From Micavibrio sp. TMED27 (lineage in GTDB: Bacteria > Pseudomonadota > Alphaproteobacteria > Micavibrionales > Micavibrionaceae): 64,000 nt of DNA. The position numbers were made by a program, and so were the translations under genes. Every line of letters starts with the position of its first letter. The stretch's first letter is position 1. Location: positions 987 through 64,986 of the forward strand of contig NHCG01000002.1 of assembly GCA_002167715.1 (NCBI GenBank), in the 5' to 3' direction. The notes under the pieces were generated by a model that worked only from the letters and a program-made list of their open reading frames with translations, did not search any database and had not been told where the DNA came from. Below are positions 1 to 8,926 of the stretch, piece after piece.

Positions 1-2826
1 GTTTATACTCTGAACAACCCTGATCCGTCCGCAAATGACTATTTCGGAACCTCTGTCGATATTTCAAGTAATTATATTATAGTTGGTGCTGATTATAATG
101 ATCCAAGAGACACTAACGATGGTAGTGTTTATATTTATAGTACAGCAGATGGAAGCCTTTTACACACTATAGACAGTCCTGAGGCTGCCATTACTTCGTC
201 ACTATATTTCGGCCGGGATGTGGCAATTACGGATAATTATGCTGTTGCTACTGTAGGATATAACTCGCCTGTGGCCGGTAAGTCCGGAACTATTTATGTT
301 TACGACCCTGCTACAGCGGGCCTCCTCTATTCTATAGAAAACCCAAATGATGGTGATCCAGGATCATATATTGGGTATAATGTTGCTGTCTCTGATCAAT
401 ATCTTCTCGTTTCGGACCATCTTGCTGAAATTGATGGTCAATACCAAGCTGGACAAGTTCTCTTATATGACATCACTGATGGCAGCCTACTTTATACTTT
501 TTCTGATCCTACACCAGAAAACAGCGATCAATTTGGCCAAAGTGTCGATTTAGTGGGTGATTATTCTGTTATAGCACAAACAGCCGCAGGACCAGGGGAT
601 GATTATCTTCCTGCTGTTTATGTTTACAGCAATTTAGATGGTGAATTAGAGGCTATAATCAGGCAACCATATTGGAGTGAGTTAGATTATTCTTCAAACC
701 GAATGGCGGCCAGCGATACGATGATTGTCATCGATTCAAGCTATGCTGACTATTACAGTGAAGAAGCTTTTATTTATCAAGTCGATTTTTTAGGAAATGA
801 TCTGATGACAGGTACGGACCAGAGAGATACTTTGGTTGGTCTTGATGGTGATGATACGATTTATGGCGGCGCTGAAAACGATCAGATCTATGGTGGCCGC
901 GGCGCGGATCAACTATATGGTGGAAGCGGAGATGATTGGTTCTTCTATGATGAAGCTTCGCTTGATGGCTCCGTAGATGTTATTCATGACATTTCTGTTT
1001 TAGATGGTGATGTCATTGATCTAAGATTTATTGATTTCAGTTATAACATGAATGCCACGGGTATAGCTGATTACCTTCGTGTTGAAGTAAGCGGTTCTGA
1101 TCTTATTCTAAGCTATAATACAAATGGCAGTGGCCTGGACGCAGATTACACAGATCTTGCTGTTCTAAAGGATACTGCACAATACACGCTATACGATTTA
1201 CTCTTATATGGAACACTGAATGTCGAGGCGCCAGCTATTTTAATTGGTGGTATTGTAAACCCATCTACGCAGGACAATACAAGATTTGCCCAATCAGTTG
1301 ATGTAGCTAATGGATATATATATATCGGTGATGGGACTTTCGATGATGGGGATGGTGCCAATAATGGCCGCATTTATGTCTATGATGCCGACACGCAGGC
1401 ACTCGTTTACACATATGATGATACCACCTCTAGCAGTGGCAACTATACAAATACTTTCGTTAGTAGCTCTGATGCATATATTGCCATTGGTGATGCTTCA
1501 TACCCCAACACAGGTTTAGTAAGCGTTTATAACAGTTCAGATCATACACTGGCTTATACTGTTAGTCATCCCGAAGGAACATCTGGTGATGCATTTGGTG
1601 TTCACTTTCTTATTAGTGACACACATTTAATGGCTAGTTCATATAAAGATGTAGGCGGTAATTCAAACTCCGGTGCAGTATATATTTTTGATAATACAGA
1701 CGGTAGCCTACTCTATACAATTGATAATCCAACTGCCGAAGCAAATGCGTATTTTGGAGACCAAAATAGCTTAGCTTTAACCTCCAATTACGCAATTATA
1801 GGCGATAGAAATGCCGACACTGCCTCTATCAATGGCGGTGCTGTTTATGTTTACGATTTAACGGATGGCTCTTTGGCCTATAGCCTAACATCGCCGTTAG
1901 GGTCTGGCGGTAGTCAGTTTGGTACTTCAGTTAGGGCAACTGAGAACCATTTAGTTGCATCCCACAGAAATGGCTTGGACGTTGGTGTATATGATATTGA
2001 TGATGGTAGCCTACTTTATACGATTGATGGAAATAGTTCCCAGTATGGTAGAGGGGGGCAGTATATGGACATCAATGATAATTATATCTTTATACAATAT
2101 GCCAAGGGATATTATGCTAATGGCCACACCGTTATATATGACCTAAATGACGGGTCAATTGTAGATGCTATATCTTTTAATCTCAACTCTGGAGATATAG
2201 GCTTTATAAATACTTATGACCCTATATCCGTTGATAACAATTATCTCGTAACACTATATACATTTCAGGGTGAAACATATGCCTTAACTTATGATACGGA
2301 TAGCATGAACTCTGATTTTTATAACGGATCAGCAGATAATGACTATTTCATCGGGTTATCTGGAGACGATGTTATTAATGGGAATGCGGGCCATGATATG
2401 CTTTACGGCAGTATTGGTGAGGATGTCATTCATGGCGGCGCTGGCAATGACCATATATATGGCGGCGCGGACAGTGATGAGCTGTATGGTGATAGTGGTG
2501 CTGATACATTTTATCTAAATGATACAGATAATGCAGATACCATTCATGACTTTAACACGGCTCAAGGTGACGCGATTGATGTTACAGAACTTCTTAGCGC
2601 TTATGATCCTTTAGATGATGCAATTCTAGACTTTGTTAGAATAAGTGATAATGGCGCGGACAGCGTTCTTTATGTAGACGTTAATGGAGCAACAGGCGGT
2701 GAAGAATTTGTCGCCGCAGCAACAATAGTCGGCGGTGCTGGTCTTGATGTTCTCAGTCTTGTTTCTAATGGTAATTTAGTCTTAGATTCCATAACCGCTG
2801 AAGCGCGCTCAACTTATACTTGGTAA
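1..2826 (+). CDS. Large secreted RTX-type repeat protein, 5' end upstream of the window: beta-propeller-like blades, two RTX Ca2+-binding blocks, two VC_A0849-type T1SS C-terminal target domains
   Basis: Frame 1 is open from nt 1 (VYTLNNPDPSANDYFGTSVDISSNYIIVGADYND...) straight into the listed 220..2826 ORF, so the GTG at 220 is internal. A blade motif recurs (FGxSVd..xNYxxxG...G[AS]VY[IV]YD..DGSLLYT). GGxGxD nonapeptide runs are present. The C-terminus (DTIHDFNTAQGDAIDVTELL...DFVRISDNGADSVLYVDVNG) resembles the T1SS target domain. Confidence 0.8.
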   Translation, partial: VYTLNNPDPSANDYFGTSVDISSNYIIVGADYNDPRDTNDGSVYIYSTADGSLLHTIDSPEAAITSSLYFGRDVAITDNYAVATVGYNSPVAGKSGTIYVYDPATAGLLYSIENPNDGDPGSYIGYNVAVSDQYLLVSDHLAEIDGQYQAGQVLLYDITDGSLLYTFSDPTPENSDQFGQSVDLVGDYSVIAQTAAGPGDDYLPAVYVYSNLDGELEAIIRQPYWSELDYSSNRMAASDTMIVIDSSYADYYSEEAFIYQVDFLGNDLMTGTDQRDTLVGLDGDDTIYGGAENDQIYGGRGADQLYGGSGDDWFFYDEASLDGSVDVIHDISVLDGDVIDLRFIDFSYNMNATGIADYLRVEVSGSDLILSYNTNGSGLDADYTDLAVLKDTAQYTLYDLLLYGTLNVEAPAILIGGIVNPSTQDNTRFAQSVDVANGYIYIGDGTFDDGDGANNGRIYVYDADTQALVYTYDDTTSSSGNYTNTFVSSSDAYIAIGDASYPNTGLVSVYNSSDHTLAYTVSHPEGTSGDAFGVHFLISDTHLMASSYKDVGGNSNSGAVYIFDNTDGSLLYTIDNPTAEANAYFGDQNSLALTSNYAIIGDRNADTASINGGAVYVYDLTDGSLAYSLTSPLGSGGSQFGTSVRATENHLVASHRNGLDVGVYDIDDGSLLYTIDGNSSQYGRGGQYMDINDNYIFIQYAKGYYANGHTVIYDLNDGSIVDAISFNLNSGDIGFINTYDPISVDNNYLVTLYTFQGETYALTYDTDSMNSDFYNGSADNDYFIGLSGDDVINGNAGHDMLYGSIGEDVIHGGAGNDHIYGGADSDELYGDSGADTFYLNDTDNADTIHDFNTAQGDAIDVTELLSAYDPLDDAILDFVRISDNGADSVLYVDVNGATGGEEFVAAATIVGGAGLDVLSLVSNGNLVLDSITAEARSTYTW
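838..936 (+). repeat. RTX nonapeptide block 1 (internal)
   Basis: Translated GLDGDDTIYGGAENDQIYGGRGADQLYGGSGDD, which is consecutive GGxGxDxxx repeats. Confidence 0.8.
2326..2505 (+). repeat. RTX nonapeptide block 2 (C-proximal)
   Basis: Translated GSADNDYFIGLSGDDVINGNAGHDMLYGSIGEDVIHGGAGNDHIYGGADSDELYGDSGAD. Confidence 0.85.
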
Positions 2827-2873
2827 TCTCCTACTTCTTTTTCAGCCCGAAAGGTCAAGATTTAAAAACGTCA

Positions 2874-4772
2874 TTAATTACGGCGAACACAACGAACGCG
2901 GTAATTTGTACTTTTATTGTTGCTTGTCTCATTGCCATTACCAGTATAGCGCACATAATTTCTACTGCTATCGCGTTCAGTCGATGTATTATACCAATTA
3001 TTAGTGGATAATGTACCTATTGCAGAGAAGTTCTGCGTAAGAATATACATTTCATAAGTGCTGGGCAGATACCAGTCACTATATCCGCCATATGTCATAT
3101 TGGCGCAATATTCCACGGCAGGATATGTACCAACGCCGGATGTCGATACTCTGGCCATGACCACTGTTTCATTATTACGCCCGTCGCTTGTATCATCTGA
3201 ATTAATATCTACAGTTTCTGTTGACCATGCCTTATGTAGGGTATCCGTCGCATTATCACAGACGGGTGTTGCACTGTCCGTACAGTTACCGGGCGTCGTA
3301 ATAAGTTGATAGCCATCACGGCAGCTAACAAGCACGCCGCCGCCCGTAAATGATCCTATAGTACCGCAAACATTTGTCGCAGTGCCTTTAAGGCCTAAAA
3401 TGGGCCTGTTATTTTGATTAACTTGAACCGCGCCGTAAAGTGTACCATCTTTTGATGATTTTGCCCTTACTTGAACTGTACAGCTGGCCGCGGCGGCTAA
3501 GCTATTGCCAGAACAATTATCTTGCCCCGACACAAGTTCAAAATAATCTGAATTTCCAACGGTCAGTGAAATAGAAGAAGAGGTGGCCGTACCATTATTT
3601 GTTAATGTAAAGGTTTGAGGAGAACTATAAGCTGGGCTTCCGGCTGAGTTAATGTCTAAGCTCTCTGTTCCACCAGGCGACCATACTAAATTCGCACCAC
3701 TATATGTTTCTTCTCTTCTAACACATCTAATATATTCAAGGTATGTTTTGCCAGCATCTGAGTTTGTTCCATCGCTAAACATAACCCCCTTGATGGCATT
3801 TGAGTCTCTTTCCGTAGAACTCAAATATCTTTCTGATTGAAATTTACCAAGTGTATTTCGAACATTCGCGACTAAATTGAGTTCATTACGTGCAGGCAGG
3901 TACCAATCACTATAGCCATTATGCGTTAAGCTTGCACAGTAATGTATAGCCTGGTGCGGAATGTGAGGTGAATACATAATAGCGATTTCGGCATTGCTTC
4001 GGCCATCACTGTAAGAACTAGCATTAATATCTGTTCCTGAGGAACCAGCCCAGCGATGCTCAAGCGTATCTAATGATCCGACACATGTGGGTTCATTGAC
4101 TGTTCCGTCGCAGCCGCCTTCCATTGCAATTAATTTATGATCTGATTCACATGATACCAAAAGACCACCATTCATAGCGGCACCGATAGTACCGCAAGAA
4201 CCGGATGCTGTACCGCTTAACTCTGAAGACGGATTGTTATTAGCATTAATGGTCAAGAGGCCAGAATAACTACCATCACCAAAAGCTTTTGGCCTTACCT
4301 GAATTGTACAGGTTGCATTTTGCCCCAGAGTATTGCCTGAACAATTATCAGTACCCAATTAAAAATTTGTTTGATTGGATAGAACCACTGATAGAGATTG
4401 TGAGGTGACATTACCGATATTTTCGACTGTAAACGTTACGTAAGATCCATATGCTGGAGAGCCAGAACTTGAAATATCCATGGTATTGCTAGTTGCGGGT
4501 GTAAGAACCAAATTAACGGCATTGCCGGAAGAGGTGACAGTTTGCCAATTTGTACCGTCACAAAATTCAATATTTTGATTAGTTGTACTGTAACGAATGC
4601 CGCCCTCTGTTGAGCTGTCGCAAGCAGATGTAGATGGCCCTATCACTATCGCGCCGCCATTACTATAATCAGCACTCACTTGCGCGTGAACGTTAGAACT
4701 CGCGACGACAAAAGCTAAAAGCATGCAGAAAAATAGAGCCAGTTTTGGCTTTAACTTAAAAACACTTTTCAT
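2874..4772 (-). pseudogene. Secreted two-module DUF1566 (Lcl C-terminal-like) protein interrupted by one in-frame TAA at 4359..4361; listed as two ORFs (4359..4811 and 2874..4358)
   Basis: The minus strand reads ...AAT TTT TAA TTG GGT ACT GAT AAT TGT... = NF*LGTDNCSG. The second module of the same protein reads YFELVSGQDNCSG at the equivalent point. The upstream ORF carries the only signal peptide (MKSVFKLKPKLALFFCMLLAFVVASSNVHA, ATG at 4772). Each module is a beta-sandwich-like segment plus a DUF1566-like segment with DWYLP(A/S)..E(L/M). Confidence 0.65.
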
Positions 4773-4960
4773 TTGAATGATTACAGTGCGAGCTGAGTAT
4801 TTGTATATCATCTATCAACGTCCCCAAATTAGGCAAAGCCTTTTACTCTATTGTTCCTTCAGAATACATTATTCATGTTAATCCATTATTAAATACAAAG
4901 AAATAAAGATTATTTCATATGAGGATTTATGATTATCTCATTGAGAATACTTATAAAAAA

Positions 4961-4981
4961 AGAGCCGCTAACTGCGGCTCT
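4961..4981 (-). terminator. Rho-independent terminator after the 5012..5662 gene
   Basis: 8-bp stem AGAGCCGC/GCGGCTCT with a 5-nt loop. On the minus strand it is followed by a T-run (the complement of aaaaaaa at 4954..4960). It lies 31 nt downstream of the stop. Confidence 0.6.
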
Positions 4982-5011
4982 TTAAATCTATAAAATGCTT
5001 TTAAAAAAGCC

Positions 5012-5662
5012 TTATTCACCAGGACCTTTAATTGTAATCACTGAGTTAGCTGATGTTGCTACTGAGTTTACGTCTTTAATATGGCTTACACCTAAGCTGT
5101 TAGTTGCTGTATTGTTTACACCATGTGCGCCTTGGTTTACTTGAACTTTCTGAGCACCTGTGATTGATGTGCTCGCACCAATTGAAGTTGCATTCACTTC
5201 TGAATTATCCAGAACAGGTGTTTCAATTTGGTTCAGTGCTGTACCACTTGTGTGAATGATCTGGTTGTTCACTTGAACTTGCTGAGCACCTTCAACAGTT
5301 ACGCCATTCGTTAGTGCTTGCGCATTGAAATCTGTGTCTTTAATGCCATTTGCGTTGATTTGGTTTTCACCTCTTGCGTTTGCACCATATACACCTGTAT
5401 TCACTTTAACTTTATTCGCACCTTCAATAGAAATTGTCTGGTTGATACCAACGGCCTCAAAGTTAGAGTCTTTGATTTTCGTTAGTTCACCGACTTCGTT
5501 CAGCGCTTGTGAATTAACATGACCAGCATGGGCATTAACAACGACGTCATGTGATGGTGCTGAGTAATCTTCATGTGGGTTCTGCCCATGTTTCTTATCA
5601 CCAGCATGTGCTTGTACTGCAAAAGTTGCTGCGATGGCAGCGGCTGCTATAGTCTTTTTCAT
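5012..5662 (-). CDS. Secreted repeat protein (4 x 44-45 aa imperfect tandem repeats), function unknown; candidate fibre/amyloid-like subunit
   Basis: Sec signal peptide MKKTIAAAAIAATFAVQAHA. Repeats span aa 40-84, 85-128, 129-172 and 173-216, each starting V-x-V-N and ending [IV]x[IV]xG[AP]x[KQE]. The protein is N/Q/G/T/V-rich with no Cys. An AAGGAT SD lies about 8 nt upstream. Confidence 0.75.
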   Translation of the reverse strand: MKKTIAAAAIAATFAVQAHAGDKKHGQNPHEDYSAPSHDVVVNAHAGHVNSQALNEVGELTKIKDSNFEAVGINQTISIEGANKVKVNTGVYGANARGENQINANGIKDTDFNAQALTNGVTVEGAQQVQVNNQIIHTSGTALNQIETPVLDNSEVNATSIGASTSITGAQKVQVNQGAHGVNNTATNSLGVSHIKDVNSVATSANSVITIKGPGE

Positions 5663-5707
5663 TTTAGTTCATCCTTTTGGTTAAAATTTAAGTTCTCTGG
5701 TTACTCA

Positions 5708-6763
5708 TTAGCCTGGCATCCCCGCTACCAGTTTTTGTTGTTCCCACGTGAAATTCTGAGAGTAATCCGTAGGTTTATTATCATTGGTGACGCCAGCATG
5801 AGCATCACTGTAATCTTTTGAAAGAGAAGAAGTTTGGTCTTGCTGCTTAGATTTTTGAAGCTCGTCCAAACGTTGATTCAGTTTTTTAGGTGTGAATTTT
5901 TCGCCATCTTTGAAGGTTGCGCATGCTTTCGCGTAATCTTCTTTGACTGTTGGTGCAATAGCATTAAAAATAGCTTTATTCACGAGCGCATTAGCAATAA
6001 ACGCAAGAGCAGGTGTTTCTTTATGACCCGCATCTGCTACGAAAATTTTATCATTAGACCTTAAGCGGGTTGCGCCCAATTCAATGACATCGCCATCGAA
6101 ACTTGCATGGGCTTCACCAGACCATAACAAAATAGATGTATCAACTTCAGTGTAGTTAACAACAGCGGTAATCATACCAGTTTGTTGTCTATTACCTGCC
6201 CCTACGCCATCATAACGAATTTCCCAGCCATTGGACTCAACTGAAAACTCTAGGCCAGTAATGCTGCCACTGATCATTTCTGTTGGTGAGACGATGCGTG
6301 GTTTTTTATCGCCATATCCGACGCGCAAATTATTCTCTTCAGCAATAAGCTTGTAATCATTTGAATTACGATTAACCATTGTGTAGCCAGCTTGACGTAA
6401 AGAGCGCATTGTCATGTTCTGAAAAGCCTGAGAGGTTGGTAAGAACGCCCCTGCTCCCGCTTCTGTAATCGAATATTTCCCGCTCTCTTCGCCAACATAA
6501 CCAACAGTTAAAATACGCTGAGGTAGCTGCGGTTGTTGGTGAGCCGCTCTATTTTGATTTTGCACCTGAAGTGTGTGCGCCTGTACGGCTGCTAAGCATG
6601 TTAGTGACTCTTCATACGGCTTCTTTAATGTGACAGAAGCGACGCTGTCCGTCATTTGGCTGTTGACTACTAATTCTGTAGAATCTTGGTTAGGCACAGT
6701 TGAACATGCTTGTGCAAGAAGTGATACTGCACCAATTCCTAACGCATTAAATTTATTTTTCAT
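5708..6763 (-). CDS. CsgG/HfaB-family outer-membrane secretion-channel lipoprotein (with a C-terminal K/Q/D-rich extension)
   Basis: Signal peptide ends in a lipobox-like LLAQAC. By-eye alignment to E. coli CsgG, recalled from memory, gives two matches. RILTVGYVGEESGKY matches KIFVSVYNIQDETGQF. EMISGSITGLEFSVESNGWEIRYDGVGAGNRQQTGMITAVVNYTEV matches IMVEGSIIGYESNVKSGGVGARYFGIGADTQYQLDQIAVNLRVVNV. Confidence 0.7.
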   Translation of the reverse strand: MKNKFNALGIGAVSLLAQACSTVPNQDSTELVVNSQMTDSVASVTLKKPYEESLTCLAAVQAHTLQVQNQNRAAHQQPQLPQRILTVGYVGEESGKYSITEAGAGAFLPTSQAFQNMTMRSLRQAGYTMVNRNSNDYKLIAEENNLRVGYGDKKPRIVSPTEMISGSITGLEFSVESNGWEIRYDGVGAGNRQQTGMITAVVNYTEVDTSILLWSGEAHASFDGDVIELGATRLRSNDKIFVADAGHKETPALAFIANALVNKAIFNAIAPTVKEDYAKACATFKDGEKFTPKKLNQRLDELQKSKQQDQTSSLSKDYSDAHAGVTNDNKPTDYSQNFTWEQQKLVAGMPG

Positions 6764-6788
6764 CTCTCTATTCCTTTTGCCGTTCTTA

Positions 6789-7367
6789 TTAGTCTAGTTG
6801 TAATGGCTGAACAGGCTGAATTACCTTTGTTTTTTCTTCTACTGGCTCAGGGAGTTTAATAACATCTAATTCATCCTTTTTTGTCACTGCAGGGTCTAAA
6901 ACTGGCAAATGCAATGAGTTACCTTGACGGTTATTGATGTTCGTGGTTGATCCATCAATATTTCCATTTTCAGTCAGATTTGTTGTAGAATTAGCGTTAC
7001 TGTCCGTTACTGTAGACTGACTTTGACAATTCGCTCCATTGTCACAATCAATAGCTGTGTAACTGTTCACTGAACCAAAACGTGTTCCGACATGCTCTAC
7101 ATCACCGTTGAAATTGGTTTGATTAATATAATCACCATCAACTTGAATTACAGGTGCTTTATAGAAGCCTTCTTTGATCTTTTTTTGCTCAATTTGCTCA
7201 ACTAAACGCTGATTTTGTAAGGCTGTGCTAGGCTTCCAGCCATTATGAATTTGCTCATTCGGTGTTACGCCTTTATCATCGTGAGCGAAGGCATTCGCTG
7301 CTGCTGATAATGAAATAGCTACAGCAAGAGATTTCGCTGCGAAGCCATGTTTTAATGTGTTTGCCAT
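6789..7367 (-). CDS. Secreted N/Q/S/T-rich protein, function unknown
   Basis: Signal peptide MANTLKHGFAAKSLAVAISLSAAANAFA. Low-complexity polar core (NQTNFNGD...SNANSTTNLTENGNIDGSTTNINNRQGNS) and a P/E/K-rich tail. An AAGGA SD lies 7 nt upstream. It sits 25 nt upstream of the CsgG-like gene. Confidence 0.7.
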   Translation of the reverse strand: MANTLKHGFAAKSLAVAISLSAAANAFAHDDKGVTPNEQIHNGWKPSTALQNQRLVEQIEQKKIKEGFYKAPVIQVDGDYINQTNFNGDVEHVGTRFGSVNSYTAIDCDNGANCQSQSTVTDSNANSTTNLTENGNIDGSTTNINNRQGNSLHLPVLDPAVTKKDELDVIKLPEPVEEKTKVIQPVQPLQLD

Positions 7368-7394
7368 TTTTCGATCCTTTTAAAATCTTTTTTG

Positions 7395-8702
7395 TTAAAA
7401 ACCAGGCTGCGTTTTTTGGAATTCTCTTAATGATTCCGCAGCATCTTTCACACAATATTTTTCTTGGGCATTACTTGGTGTTTCATAACTGTCCCAAATC
7501 TTGTTCCAAACCGCACTAAAGTCAGGACATAAACTTTCCGGGATTTTTGAGACCGCGGGCTTTTCTATTACAAGCGGTCTGGTAAAGTCGGTCACAGGTT
7601 TTTGGTGCAATGGAGGCTCATTATTATCAATCTCTGGTTCAGAAATTGCTGGCTTACTATCGCAAGCATTTGAAGAGCTGTATTTTTCTTCCTCTGTTAT
7701 TTCCCAGCGATCAAAAGATTGCTCTTTATTATGACTTAACTCTGTTTGCATAGTGTTCAGAGCCACTTCTGCATTTTGTTCGACGCCTGCAAGGCCATAA
7801 TGCTGTATATAGGATAAATCACTGATGGCTTGCTCATTGCCCATGGAAGCAGCAAGTTCATAGACTTTCAGAGCCATTTGCTGGTTTTGTGTAAAGCAAT
7901 CAAAACCATTAAATAACCTAAATGCATTATCTTTAATGTCCTGCGCTGTTCCATTCTCAATGCTATCAATCAGTTTTTGCGCGTCTTGTTCTGGTAAAGC
8001 ACCATTTTCGAGCTGATTAGAGATGTGCTCAATTAATGCCGTTTTGAGTGACGCAATATTGACTTCTTCTGGTTCATCCGGGCCTACGTTATCTTCGTCG
8101 AGCTGTTCTGTAATAGGCTCGTTGACTATCGGGCTTTCAACACCTACAGGAAGCACAGAAACCGGCTCTTCTAATGTCGCTGCGTGCGCTTGGCCGAATA
8201 ACGAGAAACCAGATAAAGTCTCTTTAATTGAACTCCAGAGCTTTTCAACTGCTCCTTCAGGAATGATAGCGCCTGCTAATTCCAAAGCTTCTGAAAAACC
8301 AGCTGCTATTGCGGCCGAAGAACCTGCTCTTGTACCGGCCGTCTTCAAAAATTCTTTAGACCAGATTTTTTGCTCTTTGTTTTTATGAAAGTCCCAAGCC
8401 GTCATCAGCGTGCTCGTTCCTGCCGCGCCTACGGCAGCGATCGTTGTTGTACCTGTAAGACTGGTACCAGCGGAAAGTCCATATTTAAGAACCTGCCCTA
8501 ATGCGGCAGCGGATGCGATATGTTTTGCTGTTTTGATAACGCGCGATGAAGTTATCTTTTCTAAATTATCGCTATTTAAAAAACGATCCAATGATTTAGG
8601 CTTTATACGCGATAGGAAACGGCTAACTCCGTTTGTACGGTTAGTTAGTCCCGCATCATCAATCTCAACTGATGAAACAAGTGTAGACATAAGCAGACCC
8701 AT
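7395..8702 (-). CDS. Hypothetical protein with Gly/Ala/Thr-rich hydrophobic segments and one Sel1-like repeat
   Basis: No signal peptide. Hydrophobic G/A/T-rich stretches at about aa 60-105 and 120-150, followed by an acidic linker. Sel1-like motif ALKVYELAASMGNEQAISDLSYIQHYGLAGVEQNAEVAL. Alternative ATG at 8690. Confidence 0.6.
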   Translation of the reverse strand: MGLLMSTLVSSVEIDDAGLTNRTNGVSRFLSRIKPKSLDRFLNSDNLEKITSSRVIKTAKHIASAAALGQVLKYGLSAGTSLTGTTTIAAVGAAGTSTLMTAWDFHKNKEQKIWSKEFLKTAGTRAGSSAAIAAGFSEALELAGAIIPEGAVEKLWSSIKETLSGFSLFGQAHAATLEEPVSVLPVGVESPIVNEPITEQLDEDNVGPDEPEEVNIASLKTALIEHISNQLENGALPEQDAQKLIDSIENGTAQDIKDNAFRLFNGFDCFTQNQQMALKVYELAASMGNEQAISDLSYIQHYGLAGVEQNAEVALNTMQTELSHNKEQSFDRWEITEEEKYSSSNACDSKPAISEPEIDNNEPPLHQKPVTDFTRPLVIEKPAVSKIPESLCPDFSAVWNKIWDSYETPSNAQEKYCVKDAAESLREFQKTQPGF

Positions 8703-8926
8703 CTATATTATATTTATTATGTCGAATGGATTTAAAGTGACTTCCTGAATATGTCAAGGTTTATTGTTGTGAAAACTGCTCCAAACTCTTTTCTGACTTG
8801 ACCTAAAACGCTTTTTTATAAAAAAACTACGTTTGATTTGAATAGATTATATTGAATAGTCTGCAATCGTAATTCCTGTATCTTCTTCGTTAAATGACTC
8901 ATCAATATTATTTAGTCTTTTTTTAT

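Noticed and set aside
1146-1373. About 50 short ORFs (60-131 aa) in the six-frame track that lie inside or antisense to long ORFs. Examples: 347..553, 1146..1373, 3058..3309, 8023..8388, 8410..8748, 14283..14567, 17823..18185, 22592..22894, 28023..28358, 41676..41993, 50021..50332, 61857..62162, 62113..62508.
   Set aside because: Each is fully embedded in a longer ORF that has clear domain motifs. Their translations are low-complexity or hydrophobic noise typical of AT-rich antisense frames. None has a convincing SD or a recognisable motif.
2053-2058. G6/C6 runs at 2053..2058, 24053..24058 and 54723..54728.
   Set aside because: They are too short to be convincing slipped-strand tracts, and they are explained by Gly-Gly or Pro-Pro codons.
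6789-7367. Possible CsgF analogue: the NQTNFNGD segment vaguely resembles the CsgF N-terminal N-P-N-F-G-G region.
   Set aside because: The similarity is limited to a few residues in a low-complexity context. It is mentioned only as something a profile search could test, not as a call.
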